A stretch of 64,000 nt of DNA from Chlorokybus atmophyticus (lineage: Eukaryota > Plantae > Mesostigma and Chlorokybus algae), in the NCBI GenBank assembly GCA_009103225.1, contig RHPI01002438.1, positions 874,755 through 938,754 of the forward strand. Direction: 5' to 3'. Of this stretch, positions 29,636 through 42,800 are shown one piece after another; positions within the stretch are counted from its first letter, which is position 1; each line of letters begins with the position of its first letter. The notes beneath the pieces were generated by a model, which did not search any database, was not told the DNA's origin, and was given only the letters and a program-made list of their open reading frames with translations. The position numbers were made by a program, and so were the translations under genes.

Positions 29636-32162
29636 ATGTCCGGCGGTGGTGGCGGGGCGGCGGTGCCGGTGTCGTCCGCGCCAGCCGGGTCGGTGTTGCC
29701 GCCGCATCCGGCGGCAGTGGTCAGGGTGGCGTCGGAGATCCAGGCGGCTGCGGAGGTTACCCCTGAGCAGCGCCAGCTGGTGGGTGTTTGCATAGCATGT
29801 CGTATGCGTAGCATGCGATTATGTCAACTTGTGTGACAAGCCCGTCAACATTTGCTATGTAGCTACATGTATTTGTCCGTGAACATTTGCCTGTGACTTT
29901 ATGTATGTATGTTGTGCTTGCACTTGCAAGCAGAGTACTACAGACATGCATGTTAATAGCTGTGCGCAGTGAACAAGCTGAGTAGTTGTGGGTTGAGTTA
30001 TGAAAATGGGGTACCTGGTTGCAAACGTGAACGCTAGATATAAATGCACAAGAATTACTGTACCAAGCTTCATCGTCGACCTGATATCTGGCCAGTAGCC
30101 CAGCAGACTCATGCTCAATAGCCAAAACACAACTGCTCCGGAGATCGAGTCCTTGTCAGCGTCAACCTTCTCAGCCATTGTGTTGATGATATTTAACACG
30201 CAGTAGGTAGTGTTACATTGCCATGCGGGCAAGAACTTGACAAAATAAAGAGCCCTGCTGTTGATTCAGGCTGTTGGGCATGTGTCACTGGTGAGACACA
30301 AGCAAATAAGAAGTCAAGTGCAATGCAGGGTTTGCAAACAGTGTCGGCACTGAGATGATGCCAGCAGTAGTAGTAGTAGTGAGACTCTTGATATGAATGT
30401 GCTGCTGAAGAGTACATCAGTTACACAATGTAGTACATAATAGGAGAAGCCCACACCCAATCCAACCACACACTGCTTGCTGGCCAGGCAGAGGCCTTGC
30501 GTGCAGCGATCGGTCCATTGGAGGGCAGGGCAAAGGAGTTTGTGGACGACGCGTGTTTGTTTCGCTACTTGCGCGCGCGGAACTGGAATGTGCCCAAGGC
30601 CGAGAAGATGCTGCGTGACACCCTCAGGTGGCGCGCTGCATACAAACCGGAAGACATTGAATGGGTGGGTGTTGTTACTACTGCTGTTGCTGCTGTTGTT
30701 GTTGTCCTTGTTGCTGTTGTTGTCGTTGTCGTTGTTGTTGCTGTTAGTGTTGAGTACTGGAACCTAATTTTTGTGCGCAGGCGGATGTTGCGAAGGAGGC
30801 GGAGACGGGCAAGATGTACCGAACGAGCTACACGGACCTGCACGGCCATCCCGTAGTGATGATGTGCCCAGGCAGACAGGTGCGTTTGGGAGGCACGCAT
30901 GAGGCGCGTCTTCACAACACAACAACTTCGTACTACTTGTCATGACGTTCTACGCACGTGATGTGTGAGTCCTGCACTGAACGCACTCTTTTCAAACATG
31001 CAAGCGCAGAGTCCACACGCGTTATACTTGTTGGTTTCTGGCACTTCAATGGTACTTACCACCAACACCTACCTCAAGTGCATGTTGTGGAAGGACTCAA
31101 ACTTTGGCATTTACTGGTGATCACCATAACCTACCTTTACCTTTGTGGACTGTTTACAGCAGGGGTGCTATGCTTATTGTTGTTACAACCATGTCTCACT
31201 AGTCCACATGATGTATCTCATACTGCATATCAGCTGTTGAGACGCATGACAAGGCTCGTATTCTCTACACTTTCAACACGGACGCAGAACACGAGCGATC
31301 ATGACGGGCAAATAAGATTCCTGGTGTACACGCTGGAGAAGGCGATAGAGGCAATACCATCCGGGACGGGTCTTGAAAAGATGACATGGCTGATCGACTA
31401 CAAGGGCTGGTCTCTGAGAAAGTCCCCGCCAATGAAGACCAGCCTGGAGACACTCAGCATACTGCAAAACCACTACCCCGAACGCCTCGCCAAGGCTGTC
31501 TGCTTTGACCCGCCAACCATCTTTAACATGTTCTACAAGGTATGCGTGACTCTGTTCTGCTCTGTTGTATTGCTCGCATGTTGCTGTACACGAATGGTCC
31601 ATAGCTACATCGTTGTAGCTGCATACATCTACACTAGATGTCCATTTGGGCGTGCACGCTCACCGCACATGGCCGCACCGCACATGGCCGCACCGCACAT
31701 GACCGCACTTGCATGTGTATGCGTCCATGTGCGGTAAGCGTGCACGCCCAAATGCAAGCGTACTTCACGCGCACACACACACATATTTGCGCATGCACAT
31801 TTGCACAAGCGCGCGCACATGCACTGGGTGTGTGTCATGCATAGACATATGCCATAATTCAGTAATTCGGTTTCGATGTCGTGCAGGCTGTTCGCCCATT
31901 TGTGGACCCAAAAACGAAGGAGAAAATTGTATTTGTGGGTGCAAAGGACAAGAACATGGCGCAGGTGATGGGCGATATTTTTGACTTGAGCAAGTTGGAG
32001 AAGTCGGTGGGCGGCACAAGCAATTGGGAGTTTGACTTTGCGCGCTACTCGCAACAGATGTTGGATGAAGAGTCAGGAAAGGACTCAACAGCAAGGTCAG
32101 GTGATGAGAATAATGTCATTGCGGCCAATGCCAGCGGCCAGTTTTCGACACTTGCATTGTAG
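29636..32162 (+). CDS. SEC14/CRAL-TRIO lipid-transfer protein
   Basis: Exons 29636-29779, 30488-30664, 30781-30879, 31288-31539, 31887-32162. Motifs DDACLFRYLRARNWNV, ETGKMYR, KMTWLIDYKGW, ILQNHYPERLA, VRPFVDPKTKEKIVFV. Confidence 0.95.
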
Positions 32163-32599
32163 GTTAGATTGGTTGCAGCTTGGCCCTTATGCCCTCTCCT
32201 CTTCTCCGCCCTCAACTAGTGATACATATATGTTGGCTTATACATTATTTATATTGATAGCTGTCCTGTGTTGGAATAGGCACATTGTAGTAAACTCCAT
32301 TGGTATAAATCGCAATCGATTATGACATTGCCCCTCGTGCATGTGATTGCGCTGGTAATGGTATTCTGAGTATCATTTGCACTTATTAGTGACATTGTCC
32401 CTCGTGCTAGCTCGCTCCTGTCCATGTGATTATAGGGTTGTTGGCTTGGTGGGGTTGGCGGTGGCGTCTGCTGTGTGTGCGGACATGGTGTACCATGAGC
32501 GGTGAGTACCACTACGCATTGCGCATTGCCTAGCACAATCTACTTTGGGGGCTTAAGCCCTTTTGCTTGTTGCACACACAGGGCTTTTTACACGCAAAC

Positions 32600-32960
32600 C
32601 AATCGGAGGCGGTGCGCAAACCATGTCTGGCACAGCTTAGCTTTCCAGTGCCGCAACTGGTCCGGCATGTTCGGACCACCAATGGTCCGGCCCCAGAGCC
32701 CGCCGTATGGTCCAAGTAACCGGAACAGGGCTAATCGCGTGCCCACGGCTTGTAGACCGCTACAGCACTAGTCAGCACGCGGTCTGAGCAGCAGGATTAG
32801 GGCTGGTCCCATGCCCTGCGGCCTATGAGGTAGGGCAGCATTGGTACAGAACACATGTACTATTTAGACCAATTATGGTTCTCCCAACCAAGACCATGCT
32901 GCACTGGTACGGTCTCAAGCGGCCCTCGTAGACCATGCATGGTCCCGGATCAGCACACAA
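32600..32960. repeat. Orphan array of GGACC/GGTCC palindromic motifs (probable DNA-transposon subterminal region)
   Basis: Dense ggtcc/ggacc motifs including gaccatgcatggtc at 32931-32944, the same motif as the arrays at 53.8-54.4 and 62.5-63.1 kb. Confidence 0.6.
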
Positions 32961-33157
32961 CATCTGTCAAGCACTGGCTTATGAAGATTACAGACTAGAA
33001 TTGGAGCGGAACATTGGCAGCAACCTGGACCAGGTTATTTGGTATCTCGCCTGGGCACGACGACACATCTCACCTTGTCTTTTTCACCCAACGTCACATG
33101 CACCAATGCGAAACGAGTAGCATGCACTGGGCTGCATGACCCCCATTTGTTAGGGCT

Positions 33158-34228
33158 TTAAGCTTGCGCTGCAATCTCGGCGGAGGCGGCGATAACCTTT
33201 AGAAAAGCTGATTTTGTGGGTACTACGCATGCACCCAGCATGACTGACCAAAAAGCAGCTGATATCGCTGAAAAACTCCACCAGTCCATCAAACTCAAGC
33301 TACATGCAGTCAAGCTTACAGCTCTGCGCAAGCAAAAGCAGCGTTCCAAGTTGGTTGTCATCGCAATGCAAGGTCTCATACGTCAGAAATACTTGGAGTT
33401 AAGCTAAAGAGAGCAAGCTCTCGTCCGCAAAGAAGCTTCGGTATCCCAACTTTTAGCTGATAGCGCCTCGTTGATGACAACGCATCCCCAATGGAGGTGA
33501 TTGGGCAGGCACACCCCTCACTCAAGTAACATCCTTGCCCTCAATGTCTACCTTTTAGAAAGAGCACAAATTTCTTGACAGTAGTCGTTAAGTGCTTAAC
33601 ATGACTCCCTGCAAGCCATCTTTAATAACTCAGCCTGCTGCTCACCCCCCTGCAACCGCTGGTCAGCCATCCACTTCCCGTTCTCCTCTGGCACCAGCTG
33701 AAGCTGGAGGTGGCTCATTCGCCGACGAGACATCTGATCATGTGGAGAGCCAGCAGCAGCAGTAGCAGCGTAATATTATCTGCAACTGCACTGCTGGTGG
33801 ATGCCGCGGCATGGTAAGCAGTGCGGTCTATGACTTATGCAATGCATTGCTGTACTTTTACATTATAATCTTCTTAAGCACTGTCCATTTATGCATTCCA
33901 TTTGTGCGACAGATAGACTCATAGGCACTGTCCAATGTTTACGAGTTATGCTATACATTGTTGTGACCTAAAGACTCATATACATTGAACAATGCCTATA
34001 ACTTATGCTTTTGTTGCTGTGACTTGAAGTCTCATAGGCACTGTCCGTCTCTTGGTACACAGTGAGTAAAGCCTTTTGCATTGGCATTGGCAGGCGCAGA
34101 GGCGTTGATAACGTGAAGATGGACGCAACTGTTGCACCATGCCGGGTGGATCAGATCTACCTGTTCATTTGGTGGAAGTCAAGTATCCATGTGCAAGTGC
34201 GGCCTTATACCAATCAGCATGATGCCAT
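33158..34228 (+). pseudogene. Decayed coding remnant (coiled-coil-like), interrupted at 3' side by copia A
   Basis: KAADIAEKLHQSIKLKLHAVKLTALRKQKQRSKLVVIAMQGLIRQKYLELS*REQALVRKE..., with in-frame stops and scattered splice-like sites. Family not recognised. Confidence 0.35.
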
Positions 34229-34653
34229 TGTTGAAGGACTAGCATGCACATGTAGTTGAGGCAAGCATGGACACACAGAGACAGAGCTACCGCCACCAGA
34301 GCATACACAAGTCACATTACATTCGTCTATTACAAGTTGTCCGCTGGTTCTTATACCAGCCAGTTACACACACGTCTAAGTTTGCAAGCACTGCGTAAGC
34401 TATACTCAGCCTTTTGACGCGCTCTAAGCTGCGTTGTTTTCCTTACAACCAGAGCTTTCCAACAAGCTCTCACACGCCTAATATGAGTAAGTATACACGA
34501 AGATACGAAGCACTTAGTAAGGCTCCTGTCTGGAGTCCGGAGTCTGGTCCGACGACGCCATCTTGCTAAGTCCGGACCTAGTGCTCGTCCTTACGACCTT
34601 CTACTCTTGTGTGGAGGGTCGATGCTGATCGTATGTAGGAATGACTCTCAACA
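34229..34653 (-). repeat. Copia A 3' LTR
   Basis: Preceded on the minus strand by PPT-like gtgggag; about 16 differences from the 5' LTR by manual count. Confidence 0.95.
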
Positions 34654-37600
34654 CTCCCACGTGAGCAGTTTGACCTCCAACGCTTGCTCCTGTAGTCAAA
34701 CACAGATGCCAAGTCCTGCGCAACAAGTCTTGAACTTGAGCGGTGACAATGGCTTTGTCAAGAAGTCCGCCAGCATGCCCTCAGTGTTGCAGTACTGGAA
34801 CTTCACCTCCTTCCTTGTGACTCTGTCACGCACAAAGTGATGCATGACATCAATGTGCTTCGTCCTTGCCGAGGCGATATGATGCTTCAACAACTTGATG
34901 GCTCCTTGGTTGTCACAATTGATAACGATGCACGCCATGGGGTGCTCCAAGTCTGCCATGAGCTTGCGAAGCCAGAGTGCCTCCTTCACTGCTGCTGCCG
35001 CTGCCATGTACTCAGCCTCTGATGTAGATGCTGCTGTTGTTGGCTGCAGCCTGCTGTTCCAGCTCACCACGCCTCCGTTCAGCTTGAAGACGTAGCCTGT
35101 AGTGGACCTCCTGCTGGTGAGGTCACCAGCAAAGTCCGAGTCGCAGTAGCCCTCCAACTCAGTGCTCCCGCTCCCAAACTTGATGCCAACTGTTGCGCTC
35201 CCAGCAACATAGCGTAGTACTCCCTTTGCTGCTCTCCAGTGCTCCATGCTCGGTGCAGACATGTAGCGAGCAAGTACTCCCACAGCATGTGCAACATCGG
35301 GACGTGTGCACACTGCCAGATAGAGCATGCTGCCTACCAGCTCACCATATGGATACTGCGCCTTGTCGAGTACCTCCTCATCCTTTGCCTTGATGAAGGC
35401 AATGCCAAAGGTGTGGTCTTGGTCTTCGCTTCAGTAAGCCCGAACTTGGTGACAAGTCTTCTCACCATCTGCTGCTGACTGATCTTGAATGTGCGAGCCG
35501 CCCTGTCGCGCTCAATTACCATGCCAAAGAACCACTTGGCCTCTCCAAGATCACGAACTGAGAATGCTTGATGTAGAGCAAGTTTCGTCTCCTGCAGGTG
35601 GTGCACCTGCCTGGCGGTGATGATGATATCATTAACATACACGAGCAGCCAGACCTTGTTGTCTACATGGAAGAAGAGCCCAGGGTCTGCAGAGGATGCG
35701 GTGAAGCCAAGTGCCTCCAGCTCCTTAGTAAGCTTGATGTGCCACATATGCGATGCCTGTCGCAGCCCGTACAATGCCTTGATCAGCTTGCACGCTGTGC
35801 CTCTCTCCCCTGCTTTATATCCAGGTGGTTGCTTGATGAAGATCTCCTCCTCCAGCTCTCCGTAGACGAAGACAGTCCTCACATCCAGGTGATGCAGCTC
35901 TAGGTCTTCAGCAGCAACCATAGCTAGCAGTGCACGGAAGGTGGTATGCTTATTTGCAGGTGCAAACACTTCGTTGAAGTCCACACCTTCCTGCTGCAAA
36001 AAGCCCTTTGCCACCAGTCTTGCCTTGTAGCGCTCAATGTTGCCCTGACCATCACGCTTCAACCTGAAGACCCATTTCACTTGAATGGTTTTCACTCCTT
36101 GCGGTAACCGCTCCAGTGACCAAGTGTTGTTGGCATGAAGTGACGCAATCTCCTCGTCCATAGCACGCTGCCATTGCTCCGCATCTGGTGCTAACAATGC
36201 CTCCTCGTAGGTGCTTAGCTCCTCATTGTGCACACTGGCGACGTGTGCCTTGTGTAAGAAGTCAGGTGCCTTTCTCTCCCTCATTGGGTATCTCCGAGCT
36301 GCGTGCTCTTGCTGCAGGTGCGACTGCTTGTCTGCTACAGTAGAGTCCTGCTCACCCTTATCGTCGATGATGGCCTTGTCTGCAACTCCCCCTTTCGTAG
36401 GAAGTTCCTCCGGCTGTGCTTCATCTTCATCTCGAGGAAGGAAGCCTGCTTCTGGTTGTGAATATCCCTCGTGGAAAACCACCTCTCTGCTCACGATGAT
36501 CTTCTTATTGTCCTCGAGCAAGATCCTGTAAGCTTTGGAACTGGGATAGCCAACGAAGATGCCCTTCTTGCTGACCGGCTCCAGCTTGTGCCTGAGCTGT
36601 TTAGGCACTAGTGCATATGCCGTGCATCCAAACACACGCATACCACTCACATCTGGTGTGGCTCCATGAAAGTGCTCTCACGGAGTCTTCTGCTCTGAGC
36701 TCACCGGAGACCTGTTGCGGATGTAGTTGGCAGTGAGTACCGCCTCCTTGCACAAACTGTCTTCCATCTTTGTGTCGTTGAGCATGGCTCGAACACGCTT
36801 CAAAAGTGTCCTGTTGAGGCGTGAAGCTGCTCCATTCTGCTGCGGGGTGTAGGGTGCCGTTGTCTCGTGGCGTATGCCCTTGCTGGCGAAGAACTCCTTC
36901 AACTCCTTGTTGATTTACTCCCCTCCTCGGTCACTCCTCATTGCCCTCATCTTGTTGCTAGACTGCATCTCCAACAAGGCCACAACTGTGCGCACAGCTC
37001 CAGCAACTTCTGACTTGAGCGTCAATGGAAAGATGATGGACAGCTTGCTGTAGTCATCGAGGAATGTAGCAAAGTACCTGGCCCCTCCCTTCGCCACAAT
37101 GCGCATAGGGCCACAGACATCCATGTGCACAAGCTCGCAAGGATGCTGACTGCTATAAGAGGATGATGGGAATGGCATAGCATGCTGCTTTGCAACCAGG
37201 CATGGTTCACAAAGTGCACCTGATGCATTCTTGAGTTCTTCTGTGCTGAGATGGATGCCCTTGACCATCTTCTCAACGACAAGGCGAGTGAGGTTGACGT
37301 AGCTGAGATGCCCGAACCTTCGATGCCACGATGTTGGCGACTCCTTGTCTTTCACCATGGCTTGAATGTCAATGTCCTTTGGGTGCTGCTCCACGTGGTA
37401 GAGCCCTCCCGGATCAGCGATTCCAACCATGTGCACGACCTCATTAAGGATGACTGTGCAGCCACCCTTCCGAAATGGAATCTCCGCGCCTAAGCGCTCC
37501 GCAACCCTCACAGAGAATATACTCACAATAGTCTTAGGGACATGCAGAACGTTGCGTAACAACACCTCGCGTAGTGTGTTACCAACCTTGCACTGGAGTC

Positions 37601-38703
37601 GTACGTTGCCAACTCCCTCAGCCACCAGTACTTCGCCACCGAAGCCCGCCACCTTGATTGTGGACGTCAGCTTCCTGTAGCCCTCCATCACCTCCTTGTT
37701 TGGTGTGAGATGACGATCGCAGCCAGAGTCCACCACCCAGAAAGCTGTGCCCGCCCTCGAACTGGATGCAGTGAAGGCGACATGTTTCTCCTTGTTGGTG
37801 CTCGTTGCCGCTGTTGCTGGTGCTTGATCTAGGTTGCCCCCATTGTTTCTTCCTGCAGTCCTTCACAATGTGCCTCTTCCAACCACACCAGTGGCATGTG
37901 AGGTCTTTGTGACGAGGATTGCCTGGCTTGTTGCCCTTGTACTTCTCTTCATGGTTGCTCTTCTTTGCGTGCTTGCCGGTGTAGAAGGCGACGGCATCCG
38001 CTTGCTCGTCCTTCTTCACAACCCTCTGCTCCACGGTGAGCAGCTTTGGTAGCACATCGTCCAACGTCAACTCTGATGATGACGTCTCCAGCAGGGTTGC
38101 GACGACCTCGTACTCTGCTGGTAGCCCTGCAACAAGTGCCAGCACTACCTCCGTCTCCCCCATGTTGTGGCAGACGTTGATGAGGTCTGCCCATAGCTCT
38201 CTCGCGCGTGCAACATACTTTATAATAGGTTCTGCTGCCTCCTTCCTGAGTGCGCTGAGCTGCTTGCGTAGCTGCAACTTTCTGGCATTGTTCTTGGCTC
38301 TGAAAACGGATAATAGCTTTTCCCATGCTTGTCTACCATCTCCACATGCAGTGAGCATGTGAAAGTGATGTGGTTTGCAATTCAACACAAGCAAAGAGTG
38401 TGCTTCCGCTGAATGCTCTGACCACAGTGTTCGCTCCTGGTGTTGGTGTTGGTGCGTTCGGATCAACGTACTTCCACACCTTCTTGTGGATGAGCAAGGC
38501 CTTCATCTCCACGCACCATGTGTTGTAGTTGTCGGTGTCCAGCTTTGCAATCTGCCCCTTGTTGTAGATCTCCATCTCTGTCGTGCTTGCCTTTTCTTGC
38601 AGTTGACACCCAAGGCTCTGCTACCAACAAGCTACCGTAATGTAGAACCACTATGCACACAAGCTAGTCTCACACTCCTCAAGCGTAGTGTGGGCCCATA
38701 ACT

Positions 38704-39128
38704 TGTTGAAGGACTAGCATGCACATGTAGCTGAGGCAAGCATGGACACACAAAGACAGAGCTACCGCCACCAGAGCATACACAAGTCACATCACATTCA
38801 TCTATTACAAGTTGTCCGCTGGTTCTTATACCGGCCAGTTACACACGCGTCTAAGTTTGCAAGCACTGCGTAAGCTATACTCAGCCTTTTAACGCGCTCT
38901 AAGCTGCGTTGTCTTCCTTACAACCAGAGCTTTCCAACAAGCTCTCACACGCCTAATACGAGTAAGTATACGCGGAGACACGAAGCAGTTAGTAAGGCTC
39001 CTGTCTGGAGTCCGGAGTCTGGTCCGACGACGCCATCTTGCTAAGTTCGGACCTAGTGCTCGTCCTTACGACCTTCTACTCCTGTGTGGAGGGTCGATGC
39101 TGATCGTATGTAGGAACGACTCTCAACA
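38704..39128 (-). repeat. Copia A 5' LTR
   Basis: Followed on the minus strand by PBS AGTTATGGGCCCAC (38703-38690). Confidence 0.95.
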
Positions 39129-39879
39129 GCCATAGGCAATCCTAATTGACAAACACATTGGTGTATAGTGCATTGGTCGTTTGGCAAATGAGTTTACGCT
39201 CATCGGTGGAGACTAGTTGCAATGCAATTTTTGAGTGTTGCTCAACCGTGATCTAGCAAATCATAAATCGGCGTACGAACATGACATCACAGAGTTGAGA
39301 GTCACTGCAGCCGACAACCCGTTTCTGGTGTGGCCAGATTAGGGGTGTGTAATGCCGCACAACAGCAAGTCCATTTTTGACTTCAGACTTCCGCGAGCCA
39401 CCAGATGAAGATCCTGATGACCCACCCCCTTGAGTTGTTGTGGTCAAAGAGGTTTGATCCGACGATGATATGGTAGTCGACTACCTAAAGAAGGTTGGCG
39501 GGAGGAGGCAAGGCGTATGGGTAGTTAACACAGCTGCGAGCGACCAGATTGAGGACCCTTTTTTAGCTAAAACAAGCTCGATTGGCCAAGGCAAGGGAGC
39601 CGCAAAAGCTTTCCATGAACTAAAGGGGGTAGAAGTGATGGACGGCGAATGAAAATCCAATCAGCACCGCATCAGCAGGCAGCAAGGTCAGCAGGCAGCA
39701 AGTGAGTATGTTTGCACTACATTCAAGTGTTTCTGGAGTGAAGCGTGTGTTTGTATCTAGGTCATAGACCACTTGGGATAATAGCATGTGATGGCCGAGC
39801 AAGCAGGGCAAGCAATGACCATGTAATTGCAATATATTACCGGATACAGTTATGCACATATGCTCCACAGACTATGTAC

Positions 39880-42800
39880 ATTTAATGGTTGCCTATGACT
39901 CAGCTTGCAGCTGGACTATGAGCCCACAATTGGAAGTAAGTACTTAGGTGCTAATGACTTAGTCTATAGGCCTAAACTAAATAATTGCATACTAGAGTGG
40001 TGGTGGTGGTGGGTGTCCGCTCAAGTAGTAGCTGATCGGGTCATAATAAGTGGCTTTGATGTAGTGTGGGCTCAGGTGCGTAACTTCCCGTTGTGCCGCA
40101 GTGAGGTGTGTATATGATCTGTTCGCCGTGTTCAGATCAAGCAAAAGCCAAAAATGATTGAGGCTCAGCTGCAGAGCCCCAAACGCCTTCAAAGTGTTTG
40201 CGTACAAAGGGAGCCCATTCTCCGCTAGCCATTAGTTAATGCCACGTCGTCACGGAGGTAATGGTGCGCTGTGTCTCAGATCAAAACACACAGTGCAGCA
40301 AGATCACTGACCCAAGTGTCTAGCGTCACTTGATTGTTCCTCTGCGCTTAGGCATTGCGAGCTTGTATGCAGACCGCAAGCTCAAGAGCAATGAGCTGTT
40401 GCCAACCTCGCAAGTACTGTTGTATGCGCTGGGTAGTGTGCACTCCTCCTTCGCTCAATAAATGTGCCCACGCGCCGAGACTCTTAACTAGGAAGTCCTC
40501 CACCACATCCCGCATCCACTCATCAACCAGCACGCCTTCCATGTGATGTTGCTATTTTTCCACTAGCTCAGCTGAAGTCATCTTCTAAGTTCGTGACTCG
40601 CCTATGTTGTGTTTTCGAGCTCCTTCTGTGCTTGAATGAGGTGGCTATGGACGACATCAGCAGCGCCCGCGTTTGCAGGAGGCGCAGGCAAATTCCGTTT
40701 TGCTATGTCGAGCTCATTCCGTGTAATATTGAGAAGTTTAAGGGTCATATCACATGTCTTTTTACATTTGCTTGAGCTTGTCTTAATCTTCTTCAACTCC
40801 GGGTCCACCATGGTTGCAATTTTTCTACTGTCCACAATCAGCCCCCGCCTGGCCTTGTCTGTTGTGCTCAGCACTCTTTGTAAGCGGTCCCTCGCGTCAC
40901 TTAGGGAGTCGATGTCTACTTGCAGCTTGCGCCTGGGCTCCTGTTGAATGGCCAACTTCTCAAATTGTTCTTGGCGACTGTCCACTGCTAAATGGAGGAT
41001 ATTCTTGGCCTCTTACATTGGTGCAGGCGCTTAGGCGCAAGTTCTCCTCTCGTAAGCGGTCTGCCTCCTTGAGCGCCTTCAACTAAGTGGAGGACCCTTG
41101 CTGAAGCTGGCCGCTGCTCTTTTATTGCTTTTTCGTGGCCTCCTCATTGTGCAGGGCTTAAGCAAGTTGGCATTCTGCTACCGTGGGCGGTTCGCCTCAA
41201 GCGCCTTCTGTATGGAGGCCATTTGTTGAAGCTAACCTTGGAGCCTCTGCGCAATGTCATGCTCCTTTTAAGCGGCATCCTCGGCTTTGTGCACGCGCTC
41301 ACGCAGGCTAAGCATCTCTTCCAAGCGTGCAACGGCCTCGATGCTGCTCCTCTCGCACCGCAGGCTCATATTCTCGAAGGCGTATCCTATGCAAATTGGT
41401 CCAAGAACACTGGTGCTGAAAGCGCGTCCGTACTCATTTTTAAAGTGGAGTCTTGGTTTGCTTGCTGAAGTCGTGTATTGAGAACATCAAACTCTGCTTG
41501 GAGCTTGTGTGCTTGAACGGAGGGCTGCCGTTAAAGCTGGTCAACAAGGTCCCGCTGCTTTTTTGAGGCCATTTCGGCTGTTGTCAACTGCTGTCGTAGG
41601 CGAACCCGCTCAGCGGTAGTGGCAACCAACTCTTGCGATGCATCCTCACGATGCTTTCGAGTGGAAGCGGCTAGTAGCTATGCATTGGTAGCCTGTTGCG
41701 CCAATGCATCCTCACGCCGCTTTACAGCAGCCTATTGATCAAAGGCCAGCACCAAGTCTTCATCCAACTCGTTGATCCTTGGAAAGGCGGCCTTAACGTC
41801 ATCTTTATATACTTGCAGCGGGTGAGGTGCTCTTTCAAGGCAAGGTGTTCACCATGCAGACGTTCAGCTTCTTCCCTCGCCAGCTCTGCACGCCGAGCAG
41901 TACTTTCTCTCAAATCTTGCAAAATCTCTTGCCGTTGTACGCGCTGGCTGTGGTGCACTATAGCCTGATCCTGCTATTGCAGCCTTTGTCGCTGAGCATT
42001 GGCTTCATCCAGAGGGGCCTGCAGCGGTGGTATGCACCCCCCGGCCTCCTCCCTTGCTTTTTTGAGTGTGCAAGAGCCGCCTCCAGCTCTGGTCTGCGCC
42101 CCCCGGCCGCCTCTCTAGCCTTTCGCTCCTTTTCCAGCAACTCTGCATGCTCTTGGTTGTCCTTGGCAGCAGCTGCAAGCGGCTGATAACTCTGTTACAT
42201 AAATACGCTGACTTAGCCCTGGCGGATGCAACGGCCTGTGTGCTGGACGCCTTTTCGAGGTGTTGCTGCTTTGAAACATTAAGTCAGAGCATCAACAGGA
42301 CAGTGCGGCTTATGACACACAAATAGCCATAGATTGACCAATGCTGGCTTTGGCCAAGGGTTACCTGAAGTTGGGGCACTTGCTATTGGAGGTTTTTGAC
42401 AAAGCCTTCAACCAACTTGGCTATGTTGCTGGCATTAGCAACTCCTGAACGTGCAGCAGCGATGCCGTCTTCCAACTTCTCAAGAGCATCATCGTTTTTA
42501 TCGCCGTTGCTGTCATTATCACTGCTTAAATAAATGCTGCCTCTATGACCGCTGCTTTCATGATCGCTGGGTTCATCACCACTGCCGTCTCCATAATGAT
42601 CACCTCTCGCAGGTTTATCACCTCCAGCAGATTCTCCACGGCCTCCAGCAGGTTCATCACCACTAGCAGGTTTATCACCACCAGCAGGTTCATCACCACT
42701 GCCGCTTATATGATGACCCTCAGCAGCACCTCCTGGAGTCCCTCCAATGGTTTGATGGCCACGGTGTATGGCATTCTTCTCTGCGCTTCCTTGTGGTGGC

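Larger units (their letters stand above)
34229..39128 (-). mobile_element. Ty1/copia LTR retrotransposon A (Osser-like), full length, decayed
   Basis: 425-bp TG..CA LTRs, 5-bp TSD GCCAT on both sides. Internal order gag (CHWCGWKRHIVKDC), protease (VDSGCDRH), GAG-pre-integrase/integrase (LVHMDVCGP), RT ([15 protein letters not shown]), RNase H (YCDSDFAGD). Frameshifts and stops are present. Confidence 0.98.

Noticed and set aside
34135-34225. HLVEVKYP, resembling a PD-(D/E)xK nuclease motif
   Set aside because: Only eight residues, no upstream PD motif, and the frame closes shortly after.
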